DNA of 64,000 bases, from NCBI GenBank assembly GCA_965204745.1, contig OZ242010.1, forward strand, positions 4,000,001 through 4,064,000, given 5' to 3'. The stretch comes from Candidatus Latescibacterota bacterium. GTDB taxonomy: Bacteria; Latescibacterota; UBA2968. The notes below the pieces were generated by a model, which was not told the origin of the DNA, searched no databases, and worked only from the letters and a program-made list of their open reading frames with translations. Made by a program: the position numbers and the translations under genes. Below are positions 47,266 to 58,371 of this stretch, piece by piece; position 1 is the stretch's first letter; the number at the start of each line of letters is the position of its first letter.

Positions 47266-49413
47266 TCACGATCTGCGCGGGCCTCGTTGTCTGCTTCTCG
47301 AGGACGGGTTCGGGTTCGATCTGCTCCTCGCGGGCGAACTCGGGTTCGGGTCGTCGAGGAGCACCTTGCGGCTGAGGCGGATTTTGCCCTGCGAGTCGAT
47401 GTCGGTCACCTTGACTTGCACCTTCTCGCCTTCTTGGAGCACGTCTTCCACCCGGCGCACCCGATGGTGTTCGAGCTCGGAAATGTGGCACAGGCCGTCT
47501 TTGCCCGGCAAAATTTCGATAAACGCGCCAAAATCCGTGATTCGTTGCACCGTGCCTTCGTACACCCGCCCGATTTCCGGGTCTTCCACGAGGGATTCGA
47601 CCATGCCCAGGGCGGCTTCAGCGGCTTGGGAGTCCAACGAGGTCACTGTGACGAGGCCATCGTCTTCGACTGCGACCGTCACCCCGATCTCTTCGATGCT
47701 GCGAATGGTTTTGCCGCCCTGACCGATCACCGCGCCGATTTTTGACGGGTCGATGCGGATGGACAAAATGCGCGGCGCGTACTGGGACAACTGCGCCCTG
47801 GGCGCGGGAATGGCCTCTTCCATCAGGCCGAGGATGTGATCGAGCGCGTCTCGAGCGCGGGCAAATGCCTCCTCGAGAATGTCAAAACTCACGCCGCCGA
47901 TCTTGATGTCCATCTGAATCGCGGTCAACCCTTCTCGCGTGCCCGCAATTTTGAGGTCCATATCGCCGAGATGGTCTTCCTCGCCCAAAATATCCGTGAG
48001 CACGGCCCATTGGTCGCCGTCCATCACCAAGCCCACGCCCGCGCCAGCGACGTGGCTCTTGATGGGCACGCCCGCGTCCATCAACGCGAGAGACCCGCCG
48101 CACACGGTCGCCATAGAAGACGAACTGTTGGACTCCAAAATCTCGGAAACCAAGCGGATCGTATAGGGAAAATGCTCTTCGCTGGGCACGACCGGCTCGA
48201 GTGCTTTTTCCGCCAACGCGCCGTGCCCGATCTCGCGCCTGCCGGGCGCGCCGATGCGGCCGGTTTCGCCCACGCTGTAATTGGGAAAATTGTAATCGAG
48301 CATAAAGCTCTTGAACGATTTGCCCTCGAGGTCGTCGACCATGCGCGTGTCCAACTTGCTGCCCAGGGTCGCCACGCACAAAGCCTGCGTTTGCCCGCGC
48401 GTGAAAATGGCGGACCCGTGTGCGCGCGGCAACGCGGTCAAGTCGATGTCGATGGGCCGAACTTTATCCAAGCCGCGCCCGTCAATGCGCTGGTTTTCCG
48501 ACAGGATCATCCCGCGCATGTCCGCTTTGATCGAGCGGTCGATCTCATCGCCGATTTCATCCGCTTCAAAATCCTCTGCCAGGGCTTCGCGCACGTCATT
48601 GCGGATGGCGGCCAGGGCGTCTGCGCGCGCCATTTTGTCCGGCATGCGATTGGCTTCTTGAATGCGCGTGGCTGCGCGTTCTGCAACCGCTGCGGCCAGG
48701 GCCTGGTTTTCCTCTGTCGCGTCACAAGCCCGCTTGACTTTGCCCACTTTGGCGATGAGCGCGTCTTGCAATTCGATCAGTTGCACAATGCCTTTTTGCG
48801 CCACGCGCAACGCCTCGACGACATCGCCATCGGCGACCTCGTGAAAATCGCCTTCCACGGAAATGATCGACTCGCGGTTGCCCGACACCATCAGATGCAC
48901 ATCGCTTTTCTCGAGTTCGGAAAGCGTGGGATTGAGCTTGTACTCGCCATTCACCCGGCCCACGCACACCGCGCCGATGGGGCCGGCAAACGGGATATCG
49001 GAAATGCTCAACGCAGCAGACGCCCCGGTCATCGACAGCACCGCAGGGTCGTTTTCCCCGTCGAAGGACAACACCGTGACGTACACCTGCGTCTCGAATT
49101 GATACGCTTTGGGAAACAGGGGCCTGATCTGGTGATCGATCAACCGCGCGTGCAACTTCTCAGTCGTCGAAGGCGCGCCTTCTCGCTTAAAAAAATTGCC
49201 GGGGATGCGCCCGCCGGCATACGTTTTTTCGCGGTAATCGACTTGAAGCGGAAAAAAATCAAAATCCGAAGGTCGCGTATCGGAAACCGCGGCCACCAAC
49301 ACGATGGTCTCGCCGTACTGCATCCACACGGCCCCGTGCGACTGTTTTGCCACGCGGCCCGTTTCAATGGACAGTGGACGCCCGGCGTATTCCAGTTCAA
49401 CTTTCTCTTTCAT
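47266..49413 (-). CDS. pnp: Polyribonucleotide nucleotidyltransferase
   Basis: DFFPLQVDYRE, RIDGR, HGSAIFTRGQTQ, RREIGHG, SSSMATVC, EDHLGDMD, KH and S1 domains. Confidence 0.97.
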   Translation of the reverse strand: MKEKVELEYAGRPLSIETGRVAKQSHGAVWMQYGETIVLVAAVSDTRPSDFDFFPLQVDYREKTYAGGRIPGNFFKREGAPSTTEKLHARLIDHQIRPLFPKAYQFETQVYVTVLSFDGENDPAVLSMTGASAALSISDIPFAGPIGAVCVGRVNGEYKLNPTLSELEKSDVHLMVSGNRESIISVEGDFHEVADGDVVEALRVAQKGIVQLIELQDALIAKVGKVKRACDATEENQALAAAVAERAATRIQEANRMPDKMARADALAAIRNDVREALAEDFEADEIGDEIDRSIKADMRGMILSENQRIDGRGLDKVRPIDIDLTALPRAHGSAIFTRGQTQALCVATLGSKLDTRMVDDLEGKSFKSFMLDYNFPNYSVGETGRIGAPGRREIGHGALAEKALEPVVPSEEHFPYTIRLVSEILESNSSSSMATVCGGSLALMDAGVPIKSHVAGAGVGLVMDGDQWAVLTDILGEEDHLGDMDLKIAGTREGLTAIQMDIKIGGVSFDILEEAFARARDALDHILGLMEEAIPAPRAQLSQYAPRILSIRIDPSKIGAVIGQGGKTIRSIEEIGVTVAVEDDGLVTVTSLDSQAAEAALGMVESLVEDPEIGRVYEGTVQRITDFGAFIEILPGKDGLCHISELEHHRVRRVEDVLQEGEKVQVKVTDIDSQGKIRLSRKVLLDDPNPSSPARSRSNPNPSSRSRQRGPRRS

Positions 49414-49503
49414 TCTCTCTCCTAAATGATTGCCTAAAAACGCGCTGTTCCAGTGCTCTGGCAACGGGCCAGAGATACGGCCAACCGCTGGAACAGAAAA
49501 AAC

Positions 49504-49773
49504 TCAACCGCGAATGCCCAGCGTTGCGATCAACTTGCGATACCCCTCGAGGTCAACGCGCTGCAAATACCGCAACAAGCGACGCCGCTGACCGACCAAT
49601 TTGAGCAACCCGCGCCGCGAGTGATGGTCTTTCCCGTGGGTTTGAAAGTGTTCGGTCAGTTGGGCGATGCGCGCGGTCAACTGTGCGATCTGCACTTCGG
49701 GGGACCCGGTATCGCCTTCTGCGCGCCCGTACTGGGCGATCAACTCGGCCTTTTCTGCTTTCGTCAATGCCAA
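49504..49773 (-). CDS. rpsO: 30S ribosomal protein S15
   Basis: [34 protein letters not shown]; TTG start with GGAGG. Confidence 0.97.
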   Translation of the reverse strand: MALTKAEKAELIAQYGRAEGDTGSPEVQIAQLTARIAQLTEHFQTHGKDHHSRRGLLKLVGQRRRLLRYLQRVDLEGYRKLIATLGIRG

Positions 49774-49775
49774 AG

Positions 49776-50717
49776 CTACCTCCGTGAGATGATGTGCCGC
49801 GAAAGCAGGCGCTCCGCGGTCCGAATATCTGCATTGATCTGATCGATCAACGCCTCTTTGCTGCCAAATTCGCGTTCTCCGCGAATGCGATGATGAAGCT
49901 CGAGGGGCAAAACCGTTCCGTAGAGATCGCGGGAAAAATCGAGCAGATGGACTTCACAGCGCGCCTCGTGCCCCCCGAATGTCGGGCGGTTGCCGTAATT
50001 GACAACCGCGATATGGGACCGGTCGAGATGGGCGACACCCGCGTAAACCCCCGGCGGCGGCAAGAGTTTGCCCGGGGTATCCACCCTGAGATTTGCAGTG
50101 GGAAAGCCCAATGCGCGGCCCCGCTTTTCACCTGCTACCACGCGCCCCCACAAGGGGTAAGGATGCCCCATCAGTTGCATGACCGCGTGCAGATCTCCAT
50201 CTAAAAGCGCGTTGCGAATCCGCGTGCTGCTCACGGGTTTTTCCGCGATCTGCACGGCCGGCGGCGAAAGCACAGAGAAGCCAAATCGTTTTCCCAAGCA
50301 TTGCATCGTCTCGACATCGCCTTGCCGATCCCGGCCAAACCCGTGGTCGTAGCCGATGATCACGGCCCTCGCGCTGAGTTTATCCACGAGAAAGCGTTTG
50401 ACAAAGACCTCGGCGGACAAGTGCCGAATCGCGTCGTCAAATGCCACAACAGCCAAAACATCCACGCCCAAAGCCGAGAGGTGGTGCTGTTTTTCCGCGA
50501 GCGACATCAACACCCCGGGCGCGGCTGCACCGTCGATAAACTGCCGGGGATGCGGGTCAAAGGTGACGACAACCGATGTGCCCTCGCGTGCTCGCGCTGT
50601 GCGAATCGCGGTTTTAATCACCGCGACATGCCCGACGTGGAGGCCGTCAAAGGTGCCGACAGTGACCACGGGATGGGCGAGCGCGACCGGGGCTTCGAGC
50701 GTTACGGTGTGCATCAT
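49776..50717 (-). CDS. ribF: Bifunctional riboflavin kinase/FAD synthetase
   Basis: [46 protein letters not shown]. Confidence 0.96.
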   Translation of the reverse strand: MMHTVTLEAPVALAHPVVTVGTFDGLHVGHVAVIKTAIRTARAREGTSVVVTFDPHPRQFIDGAAAPGVLMSLAEKQHHLSALGVDVLAVVAFDDAIRHLSAEVFVKRFLVDKLSARAVIIGYDHGFGRDRQGDVETMQCLGKRFGFSVLSPPAVQIAEKPVSSTRIRNALLDGDLHAVMQLMGHPYPLWGRVVAGEKRGRALGFPTANLRVDTPGKLLPPPGVYAGVAHLDRSHIAVVNYGNRPTFGGHEARCEVHLLDFSRDLYGTVLPLELHHRIRGEREFGSKEALIDQINADIRTAERLLSRHIISRR

Positions 50718-51592
50718 CGGTTTTGGAGTACGCGAATGGGCTTCAAAACGCCCTCGTCGAGTTGACCGAGGCCGAGCAAGGTGCCGCGAGAATTTTGCAC
50801 GGTTACCAGGCCCCGCAGATCTGTTTCAACGCCGACCACGGGGTTGCCGTGTGAAAATCGCACCTGTTGCGCCGCGCTCAAACAGACCGAGGACAAATCG
50901 GACAAAACGACATGCGGATCGAGCAACACATCGGACAACCGCACGGTGCGGTCGAGATCGCAAAGCGAGGCGCATTGCCCGAGCGCGACATCGCCCACCG
51001 CGGTTCGACAAAGCTCGGACAAGTGCGCGCCGCAACCCAAGCGGTTGCCAATATCGTCTGCGAGTGACCGAATGTACGTGCCCTTTGAGCAATGGACATC
51101 GAGGTGCAAGAACGGTGGATGAAATGCCGCGATGTCGAGTTTGTGAACGTGTACAAGACGCGCTTCCCGCTCGACCTCGACCCCCTTGCGGGCGAGTTCG
51201 TAAAGCCTGCGCCCGCGCATGCGGATGGCCGAATACATCGGCGGCACTTGGGCGATTTTTCCCCTAAATGTTGCGACAGCGGCCTCGACTTTCGCCCTAT
51301 TGGTCGGAATATCCTCGGCTTGGCCGACGACCGCGCCATCCGCGTCGAGCGAATCGGTCGTAATGCCCAAGTGAACCACTGCGCGATACTGCTTGTCGCG
51401 GCCCGTTACGTGCGAACTGAAACGCGTATAGGCCCCCAAGCAGAGGATCAAAACGCCCGTGGCCATGGGATCGAGCGTGCCCGTGTGCCCGACTTTCTCG
51501 ATCCCAAAGCGTTTGCGAACCCACGCCACCACATCTTGCGACGTGTGGTCGGCGGGTTTGTCTATGCCCAAAAAGCCGTTGATGGCGACCAC
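50714..51592 (-). CDS. truB: tRNA pseudouridine(55) synthase
   Basis: KVGHTGTLDPMATGVL, QVPPMYSA, CSKGTYIRSLA. Confidence 0.96.
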   Translation of the reverse strand: MVAINGFLGIDKPADHTSQDVVAWVRKRFGIEKVGHTGTLDPMATGVLILCLGAYTRFSSHVTGRDKQYRAVVHLGITTDSLDADGAVVGQAEDIPTNRAKVEAAVATFRGKIAQVPPMYSAIRMRGRRLYELARKGVEVEREARLVHVHKLDIAAFHPPFLHLDVHCSKGTYIRSLADDIGNRLGCGAHLSELCRTAVGDVALGQCASLCDLDRTVRLSDVLLDPHVVLSDLSSVCLSAAQQVRFSHGNPVVGVETDLRGLVTVQNSRGTLLGLGQLDEGVLKPIRVLQNR

Positions 51593-51925
51593 CTATGCGT
51601 TGAGACTGTCGAGCAACTGATCGATTCGCGCCCCGTGCGCTAGGGACTCATCCCGTGCAAATACCAACTCTGGGACGTGGCGCAACTGCACGCGCTGTGC
51701 CAATGCGCGGCGCAAAAAAGCCATCGCGCCCCTTAAGCGGTCGAACACGCGATCCTCTGCACCGGGCATCGCGCTGACGTACACCTTGGCCGTGCGGAGG
51801 TCTCGAGACATTTTGACGGACGTAATCGTGACATCGGCGAGGCCCGGGTCCCGGGTCTCTGTACGCAGGATTTCACTTAGGGCGACCCGAATGGCTTTTC
51901 CCACACTTTCGGCGCGATAGGGCAT
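51593..51925 (-). CDS. rbfA: Ribosome-binding factor A
   Basis: RDPGL..VTITSVKMSRDLRTAKVYVS, LRHVPELVF..D.S; canonical position after infB. Confidence 0.93.
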   Translation of the reverse strand: MPYRAESVGKAIRVALSEILRTETRDPGLADVTITSVKMSRDLRTAKVYVSAMPGAEDRVFDRLRGAMAFLRRALAQRVQLRHVPELVFARDESLAHGARIDQLLDSLNA

Positions 51926-52206
51926 CAGAGAAACTCCAGTGAATAGTCCATCAAAATCAGGTGGTCTTCGCGCTCTATGGCATTGACCACCTGCGACAAC
52001 ACCCGATTGGCATAGCGGGATTCGTTTGTAAGCGTCACCACGCCTAGGCGCGCCCTTTGCCAGCGGTCGTGATCGTCTAATTCGGCAACCGCCACATTGA
52101 ACTTGTTGCGCGTGCGCGCAATCACGCCCTTGAGCACCCCGCGCTTCTGCTTCAGGGAAGCGCATTCGGGCAAATACAGGTCGATGCGACAAAAACCAAT
52201 GGTCAT
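51925..52206 (-). CDS. DUF503 (YlxP) family protein
   Basis: SLKQKRGVLK..KFNVAVAE...D.WQRA; lies between infB and rbfA. Confidence 0.9.
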   Translation of the reverse strand: MTIGFCRIDLYLPECASLKQKRGVLKGVIARTRNKFNVAVAELDDHDRWQRARLGVVTLTNESRYANRVLSQVVNAIEREDHLILMDYSLEFL

Positions 52207-54650
52207 CAGATCGTGCGAGAAGTTTCGACGAGTTCGTAAGTTTCAATGACATCGCCGACTTTGACATCGTTGAAGTTTTCGATCCCAATGCCGCACTCAA
52301 AGCCGTTTTGCACTTCGCGGACATCGTCCTTAAAACGCCGCAGGGATCCAATGCGGCCCTCGTAAATAACGACCCCGTCGCGCAACACGCGCGCGCTGGT
52401 CGTGCGGAGGATAAGCCCTTGCGAGACCAAACACCCGGCTATCGTGCCGACCCGCGGCACCTGAAAGAGCTCGCGCACCTGCGCTTCGCCCTGCACGCTT
52501 TCCTCGATCTTGGGCGCGAGCAACCCGGAAAGGGCCGCGTGAATGTCTTCTACAACTTCGTAAATCACGCGGTACAAGCGAATATCCACCTGCTCGCGCG
52601 CGGCGACATCGCGGGCATTGGCGTCTGGGCGCACATTAAACCCGATGATGATGGCATCGGACGCGGATGCGAGCAAAATATCGGATTCGGAGATCGCGCC
52701 CACAGCGCGGTGAATCACCGAGAGACGCACTTCCTCGTGTTCGATTTGCAAGAGCGCGTCTTGCAGGGCCTCGACAGAACCATCGACATCGCCTTTGATA
52801 ATCAGGCGCAGTTCTTCGATATTGCCCATTTCGATCTGCTTGTGAATATCGGTCAATGACACGCGCCGCACCCGGTGAAATTCCTGCTCGCGCCGCAGTT
52901 GCTGCCGCTTCTGGCTGATCTCTCTGGCTTCGCGCTCGTTTTCGACGACGTGAAACGCGTCGCCGGCCTGGGGCAACCCGGCCAAGCCGAGCACCTGAAC
53001 CGGACGCGAGGGCCCGGCAACGGCCACGCCCATCCCGCGCTCGTCGAGCATGGCGCGCACGCGCCCGTTGAACAGGCCCGTAATAAACGGATCGCCCACT
53101 TTGAGTTTGCCCTCTTGCACGAGCACGGTTGCGATATTCCCGCGCCCGCGGTCGAGTTTTGATTCTACGATGGTGCCCTTGGCACGCCTGTCCGGGTCCG
53201 CTTTGAGCTCGAGCATTTCGGTTTCGAGGGCGAGCAATTCGAGCAACGCATCGACATTTTGCCCGGTCTTCGCGGAAATTTCGCAAACCTGAACCGTGCC
53301 CCCGTAATCCTCGACAATGACATTGTGCTCGGTCAGTTCGCGTTTGATTTTGTCCGGGTTCGCGGTTGGCAAGTCGATTTTGTTGATCGCGACCACGAGC
53401 GGCACATTGCCCGCTTTGGCGTGGTCGATGGCTTCCACGGTTTGCGGCATCACGCTGTCGTCTGCGGCCACCACCAAAACCACCACATCGGTCACTTTGG
53501 CGCCGCGGGCGCGCATCGCGGTAAATGCCTCGTGCCCGGGCGTGTCGAGAAAGCAGATTTCGCGCCCATTCCCGAGTTCTACGTGATACGCCCCGATATG
53601 TTGCGTAATGCCGCCAGCCTCGCCTTCCATCACATTGGTCTCGCGGATATAATCCAAAAGCGAGGTTTTGCCGTGATCCACATGCCCCATAATGGTGACG
53701 ACCGGGGGCCGGGGTCTGAGATCGACTTCAGCCGCTTCTGCCGCCGCTTCTTCCAAGATCTCTTCGCCGTATTCCTCGAGTTGCTCAACGCCAAACCCAA
53801 ATTCATCGGCGACGAGCGTGATGGCGTCCATGTCCAAGCGTTGGTTGATCGTCACCATCAGGCCGAGTTTGAGGCACTGCGTGATGACCTCTGTGGCCCG
53901 CACATCCATCTGCGCCGCGAGTTCGCCCACGGTGGTGAACTCGTTGACCTTGAGCACTTGCGCGACTTCGCTAGCGATCACCTCATCGGGCTTTTCGATG
54001 TCCTGACGGCGTCGCCTACGCGACCGCGCAGGCGTTGTGCCACTCGACATTTGCGCCAAGGTCCGCCGGACATTTGCCGACACTTCGCGCTCATCCACCA
54101 CCGGGCGTTTGCGGCGGCGCCTGCGTTTGCGCGGGGGCCGCTTGCGGGTTTTTTTGGCCTCGGCCTGCTTCGGCGGCTGTTTGGCTTCGGGCTTGGCCTT
54201 GTCCGCGGTCGGCGCGGGTTTTTCTCGTTTCGGTTTTGTCGCGCTGACTTCTTCAACGACGACCTTTGTCGGATAGCGGGTTCGGCGGCGACGACGCCTG
54301 CTAGGCCGTTGTCGGGGCGCGCTGGTCGAGGTGGATGGGGTCGCAGATCGAAGCGTGCGGCGCCGGCGGCTCGTCGTGCGGGGTTGTCGCGCTTGGGGCT
54401 CGCGCTCTTTTTGCCCGTCATCCCTGCGTCTGAGCTTGCGCCGAGTCGCTTGGCGTTCCGAATCGAATTTCTTCTGGATCGCCTGAATCATCGCAGGGGT
54501 GCAGACCGCCATGTGGTTTTTGACCTCAAAATCCAGGCTCTTGAGTTGCCCAACCATGGCCGCGCTCGACAAATTGTATTCGCGGGCGACCTCGTAAATC
54601 CGCTTTGTTTTGGCTGGTGTTTTGACTTTTCGCTTCGCCAACAGGCTCAC
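52206..54650 (-). CDS. infB: Translation initiation factor IF-2
   Basis: [54 protein letters not shown]. Confidence 0.97.
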   Translation of the reverse strand: MSLLAKRKVKTPAKTKRIYEVAREYNLSSAAMVGQLKSLDFEVKNHMAVCTPAMIQAIQKKFDSERQATRRKLRRRDDGQKEREPQARQPRTTSRRRRTLRSATPSTSTSAPRQRPSRRRRRRTRYPTKVVVEEVSATKPKREKPAPTADKAKPEAKQPPKQAEAKKTRKRPPRKRRRRRKRPVVDEREVSANVRRTLAQMSSGTTPARSRRRRRQDIEKPDEVIASEVAQVLKVNEFTTVGELAAQMDVRATEVITQCLKLGLMVTINQRLDMDAITLVADEFGFGVEQLEEYGEEILEEAAAEAAEVDLRPRPPVVTIMGHVDHGKTSLLDYIRETNVMEGEAGGITQHIGAYHVELGNGREICFLDTPGHEAFTAMRARGAKVTDVVVLVVAADDSVMPQTVEAIDHAKAGNVPLVVAINKIDLPTANPDKIKRELTEHNVIVEDYGGTVQVCEISAKTGQNVDALLELLALETEMLELKADPDRRAKGTIVESKLDRGRGNIATVLVQEGKLKVGDPFITGLFNGRVRAMLDERGMGVAVAGPSRPVQVLGLAGLPQAGDAFHVVENEREAREISQKRQQLRREQEFHRVRRVSLTDIHKQIEMGNIEELRLIIKGDVDGSVEALQDALLQIEHEEVRLSVIHRAVGAISESDILLASASDAIIIGFNVRPDANARDVAAREQVDIRLYRVIYEVVEDIHAALSGLLAPKIEESVQGEAQVRELFQVPRVGTIAGCLVSQGLILRTTSARVLRDGVVIYEGRIGSLRRFKDDVREVQNGFECGIGIENFNDVKVGDVIETYELVETSRTI

Positions 54651-54656
54651 CTCCGC

Positions 54657-55994
54657 TCATGCGTCGGGTTGAGAAGTGTCTGGGGTGGATTCGGCGTTCT
54701 CCTCGGCGCGCAATCGCGCCTGTTCTTCGCGGTACTCCGCCAATCTCGCATCTACGATTTCCCGCGCGGACGTTCGCAATTTTTCAGCCGTGGCTTCGCC
54801 AACGCCGGGCACGTCGAGCAGTGCCGTCAAAGAAACGCGCACCAAGTCGTTGGCAGACAAAATGCCCGCGGCCTCCAAGCGATCTCGCGTCGCCGGCCCG
54901 GCGCCGGGCACGGCATCCAAGGGCACGGTCGTGGCCTGCCGCTCGGCTTGGATTTCCTCGTAACGGGCTTCCGTCATGGTATCCACGTTCCAGCCGGTCA
55001 ACTGCGCTGCCAACCGTGCGTTTTGCCCGGCCTTGCCTATCGCCAGCGAGAGTTGATCCTCATCGACAATGGCCGACATGCGCTTGTCGCGCCGGTCGAT
55101 CACCACGCGACGCACTGTGGCGGGACTCAAGGCGCGCGACAAAAAGATCGCTTCGTCTTCGCTCCAGGGCACGATGTCGATGCGCTCATTGCTCAATTCG
55201 CGCACCACCGCTTGCACGCGCGAGCCTTTCATCCCCACGCACGCCCCCACCGGGTCGATGCGCGCATCATTGGAATGCACCGCGATTTTTGCCCGCTCCC
55301 CCGGTTCGCGGGACACGGCCTTGATTTCGATGACGCCCTCGTAAATTTCCGGGACTTCGAGTTGAAAAAGACGCTCGAGAAACCCGGGATGCGTGCGGCT
55401 CAACACCACTTGCGGGCCGCGCGCCACGCGCAACACGTCGAGCACGTACGCGCGAATGGGATCGCCCTGCCGATAGCGTTCTTTTCGGATTTGCTCCTTG
55501 AGGGGAATGACCGCTTCTGTGCGCCCCAAGTTGATGAGGATATCCCCACGGCTGATTTGTTGCACGGTTCCCGAAATGATTTCGCCCACGCGCCCCTGAT
55601 AATCCTCGTAGATTTTTTCGCGCTCGGCCTCTCTGACGCGCTGGACGAGCACTTGCTTCGCCGTTTGAATGGCATTGCGTCCAAAATCGGCAAAATTGAG
55701 GCGCGATCTCAGCTCTCCGCCGACTTTGGCATCGTCGTCTGTTTTGCGCGCTTGGGTCAGGCCGACTTGCAGGCCCTCATCTTCGACCTCGCCATCCGCG
55801 ACGATTTCCCAGACCGCTTCCACGGCGATCTCGCCCGAGTCGTGGTCGATGTTGACCTCCACGTTATCCCCGGTGCCAAACCGCCTTTTTGCCGCAGAGA
55901 TCAACCCCATTTCCAGGGTTTCGATCACCAAGTCGCGGTTGACGTTTTTTTCTTGGGCAATTTGTCTTAACGCTTCGAGAACTTCGTAATTCAA
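54657..55994 (-). CDS. nusA: Transcription termination/antitermination factor NusA
   Basis: FGRNAIQTAKQV, REPGERAKIAV, DPVGACVG, LSLAIGKAGQNARLA; C-terminal HhH. Confidence 0.97.
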   Translation of the reverse strand: MNYEVLEALRQIAQEKNVNRDLVIETLEMGLISAAKRRFGTGDNVEVNIDHDSGEIAVEAVWEIVADGEVEDEGLQVGLTQARKTDDDAKVGGELRSRLNFADFGRNAIQTAKQVLVQRVREAEREKIYEDYQGRVGEIISGTVQQISRGDILINLGRTEAVIPLKEQIRKERYRQGDPIRAYVLDVLRVARGPQVVLSRTHPGFLERLFQLEVPEIYEGVIEIKAVSREPGERAKIAVHSNDARIDPVGACVGMKGSRVQAVVRELSNERIDIVPWSEDEAIFLSRALSPATVRRVVIDRRDKRMSAIVDEDQLSLAIGKAGQNARLAAQLTGWNVDTMTEARYEEIQAERQATTVPLDAVPGAGPATRDRLEAAGILSANDLVRVSLTALLDVPGVGEATAEKLRTSAREIVDARLAEYREEQARLRAEENAESTPDTSQPDA

Positions 55995-56003
55995 GTGAGC
56001 CTC

Positions 56004-56444
56004 CTACAACTCAAAATGCAACGTGGCTTTCTGGATTTTGGCGCGTTCGATGCGCGCGCGTTTGTCGGCCAATGCCACGTCGAGATGATCGGGACCGACC
56101 TGCAAGAGCGTGCCCACTGCAACGCCCAAGCCATCTACCACCAAGCGCAGGGCCTTGCCGACCACGCGCTCAAAATCCCGGTCCGTCTTCAAGGGCCGCG
56201 TCAAGCCGGGGGATGACACTTCGAGCACGTAAGCCTCCGCTATCGGATCGCGCGTGTCAAAAACATCGGCGATCTCCCGGCTAATGGCCGCGCATTCGTC
56301 AACTGCAATCCCGTCCGGGCGATCCACAAAAACGCGCACGAGTTGCCGCCTGCCAAGGCCCGAAACAGCCAACTCGACCAACGCCACGCCCCTGCGCTGG
56401 AGGAGCGGAACGACGAGATCGATGAGGGTATCTTTGATGAGCAT
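56004..56444 (-). CDS. rimP: Ribosome maturation factor RimP
   Basis: VRVFVDRPDGIAVDECA.ISR, YVLEVSSPGLTRPL; start approximate. Confidence 0.93.
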   Translation of the reverse strand: MLIKDTLIDLVVPLLQRRGVALVELAVSGLGRRQLVRVFVDRPDGIAVDECAAISREIADVFDTRDPIAEAYVLEVSSPGLTRPLKTDRDFERVVGKALRLVVDGLGVAVGTLLQVGPDHLDVALADKRARIERAKIQKATLHFEL

Positions 56445-56479
56445 GGCATAACTTTCGTCGCGGGCGTCCCATATACTCA

Positions 56480-56505
56480 AAAGAGTGGGCTGTTGCCCAC
56501 TCTTT
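56480..56505 (-). promoter_or_regulatory. rimP leader hairpin
   Basis: AAAGAGTGGGC-tgtt-GCCCACTCTTT, a perfect 11-bp stem just upstream of rimP, similar to the GAGTGGG..CCCACTC hairpin often seen before rimP. Confidence 0.6.
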
Positions 56506-56596
56506 CATCGAGAGGCCAAAATATAGAGAAAGACGGAATATGGCGCAAGTTTTTATTTTTTTCGTCGGAATGGCGATGGGGCATGGGTTCGCCTGT

Positions 56597-56956
56597 TCAT
56601 CTCTTCGCCTCCCCTTCAATCAACCGCTTGAGATCGAGCAACAGGTCCCGCAATTCCGCGAGTGAATTTTCCTTCGCAGGTGCGTCGATGTTCTGATTTT
56701 CCCACAAACCGGGGTCTTGTCTCAGCCGTTCAACCGCCCCGCGAATCGTGTATTTCTGCACGTAGAGCAAATCCTTGATCGCCAGAATGACCTTGAGATT
56801 TCGCTCGGTGTACGTGCGATTGCCCGACCGACCGCGCCGGGGCCGCAGTTGGGAAAATTCCTTTTCCCAGAATCGCAACACATGCGGCTCTACGCCTGTG
56901 CGCTCCGAGACTTCGCGGATGGAATAGTAGAGTTTTTTGATTTTTTTTGACCGCAT
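56597..56956 (-). CDS. MerR family transcriptional regulator
   Basis: KLYYSIREVSE.TGVEPHVLRFWEKEF..L.P.R...GNR.Y, YTIRGA. Confidence 0.9.
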   Translation of the reverse strand: MRSKKIKKLYYSIREVSERTGVEPHVLRFWEKEFSQLRPRRGRSGNRTYTERNLKVILAIKDLLYVQKYTIRGAVERLRQDPGLWENQNIDAPAKENSLAELRDLLLDLKRLIEGEAKR

Positions 56957-56960
56957 AGCA

Positions 56961-58265
56961 TCACTTCTGTTTGAATAAAATGCGGATGGGCGTGCCAAAA
57001 AAGTCAAACGCCTGCCTGAGCCTGCGCTCTAAAAACCGGCGGTAGTGAACCGGCACGTCCTTGGGCCGCCGCGTGAAAAAGATGAGGGTCGGCGGCGCGG
57101 CGTGTGGCATCACGCAAAAAGACATGCGAAAGACCCTGCCATTTTTGGTCGGCGGCGCGGTCGTGGCATTCAGGGCCGTCAAAAAGGCGTTCAAGTCCCC
57201 GGTGGAAACGCGTTGCCTGCGTTTTTGGGCGATGTCCAATGCGAGGTCGATCACGCGCCAGGCGCGTTGCCCGGTCAGCGCCGATAGAAAAACAAGGGGG
57301 TAGTTTTCCAAATGTACAAAGCGCGTGCGGATTTGGGCCGCTGTGTGGTCCGCGGTGCGGTCGTCCTTTTCCACCAAATCCCATTTGTTGATGCCCACGA
57401 TGACCCCTTTGCCCAAGGCCGCGGCGCGTTCTGCAATTTTGATGTCTTGCACGGTGCATCCTTCCACCGCATCGACCAGCACAATCGCCACGTCGCAACG
57501 CTCGAGATTTTCCACGGTCCGCAGGGAACTGTAAAACTCGACCTGCTCTTTGATGCGCGTTCGCCGGCGCAAGCCCGCGGTGTCGATCAAGACAAATGCC
57601 CGGTCGGCGCGCTGCATGGGCAGGTCGATGGCGTCTCGCGTCGTGCCGGGGATTTCGCTGACGACGACCCGCTCATGGCCCAACAAGCGGTTCACAAACG
57701 TGGATTTGCCCATGTTCGGGCGGCCCAACACCGCGATTCGCGGCGGCCTTTCTCCTTTTGGATCGTCTGCATCTTCGGGCAAACACGCGAGGATTTCGTC
57801 GAGCAAGTCGCCGGACAATCGCCCGTTGATCGCGGAAACGAGCAGGGGGTCCCCGAGCGCGAGGCCGTAAAACGCCGCGCCATCGGCTTCGTCTTCCACC
57901 CTATCGACCTTGTTGACGATCAGTCGATGCGGCACGCCTAGGTCTCGGATCATCCGCGCCATCGTCGCGTCGTAATCCGTGGGCCCGGTTTGGGCATCGA
58001 CCACCAAGAGCAGCAAATCCGCTTCGTCCAACGCGAGTTCCACCTGCCGAGCCACCGAGTCTGAAATACTTTCCGCGGCATTGGGTACGTACCCGCCCGT
58101 ATCCATCAGCGTAAACGTGCGGCCATTCCACGTACATTGCGCGTAGTTGCGGTCGCGCGTGACCCCGGGAAAATCATCGACCACCGCCTTGCGCTCGCCG
58201 ATCAACCGATTGAAAAGCGTGGATTTGCCGACATTCGGCCTGCCCACAATGGCTACGACGCCCAT
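56961..58265 (-). CDS. der: Ribosome biogenesis GTPase Der
   Basis: Two G domains (GRPNVGKSTLFN/DTGG and GRPNMGKST/DTAG) plus a KH-like C-terminus. Confidence 0.97.
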   Translation of the reverse strand: MGVVAIVGRPNVGKSTLFNRLIGERKAVVDDFPGVTRDRNYAQCTWNGRTFTLMDTGGYVPNAAESISDSVARQVELALDEADLLLLVVDAQTGPTDYDATMARMIRDLGVPHRLIVNKVDRVEDEADGAAFYGLALGDPLLVSAINGRLSGDLLDEILACLPEDADDPKGERPPRIAVLGRPNMGKSTFVNRLLGHERVVVSEIPGTTRDAIDLPMQRADRAFVLIDTAGLRRRTRIKEQVEFYSSLRTVENLERCDVAIVLVDAVEGCTVQDIKIAERAAALGKGVIVGINKWDLVEKDDRTADHTAAQIRTRFVHLENYPLVFLSALTGQRAWRVIDLALDIAQKRRQRVSTGDLNAFLTALNATTAPPTKNGRVFRMSFCVMPHAAPPTLIFFTRRPKDVPVHYRRFLERRLRQAFDFFGTPIRILFKQK

Positions 58266-58280
58266 CGTCTGTCTCCAGAA

Positions 58281-58307
58281 ATCAGTTGTCAGTTGTCAGT
58301 TGTCAGT
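58281..58307. repeat. Heptamer array (TCAGTTG)n
   Basis: atcagttgtcagttgtcagttgtcagt. Confidence 0.8.
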
Positions 58308-58371
58308 CCGCCCCGCCACCCGTGCGATCCCTTCTCCGCCCATCCCTGCCGTGTGCGTTTTGCCGATTCGT

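Noticed and set aside
53259-55970. Long antisense ORFs (903 aa here; also 47836-49425, 28554-30284 and 30448-32013)
   Set aside because: These are shadow frames opposite infB/nusA, pnp and korAB, typical of GC-rich codon usage, with no recognisable motifs.
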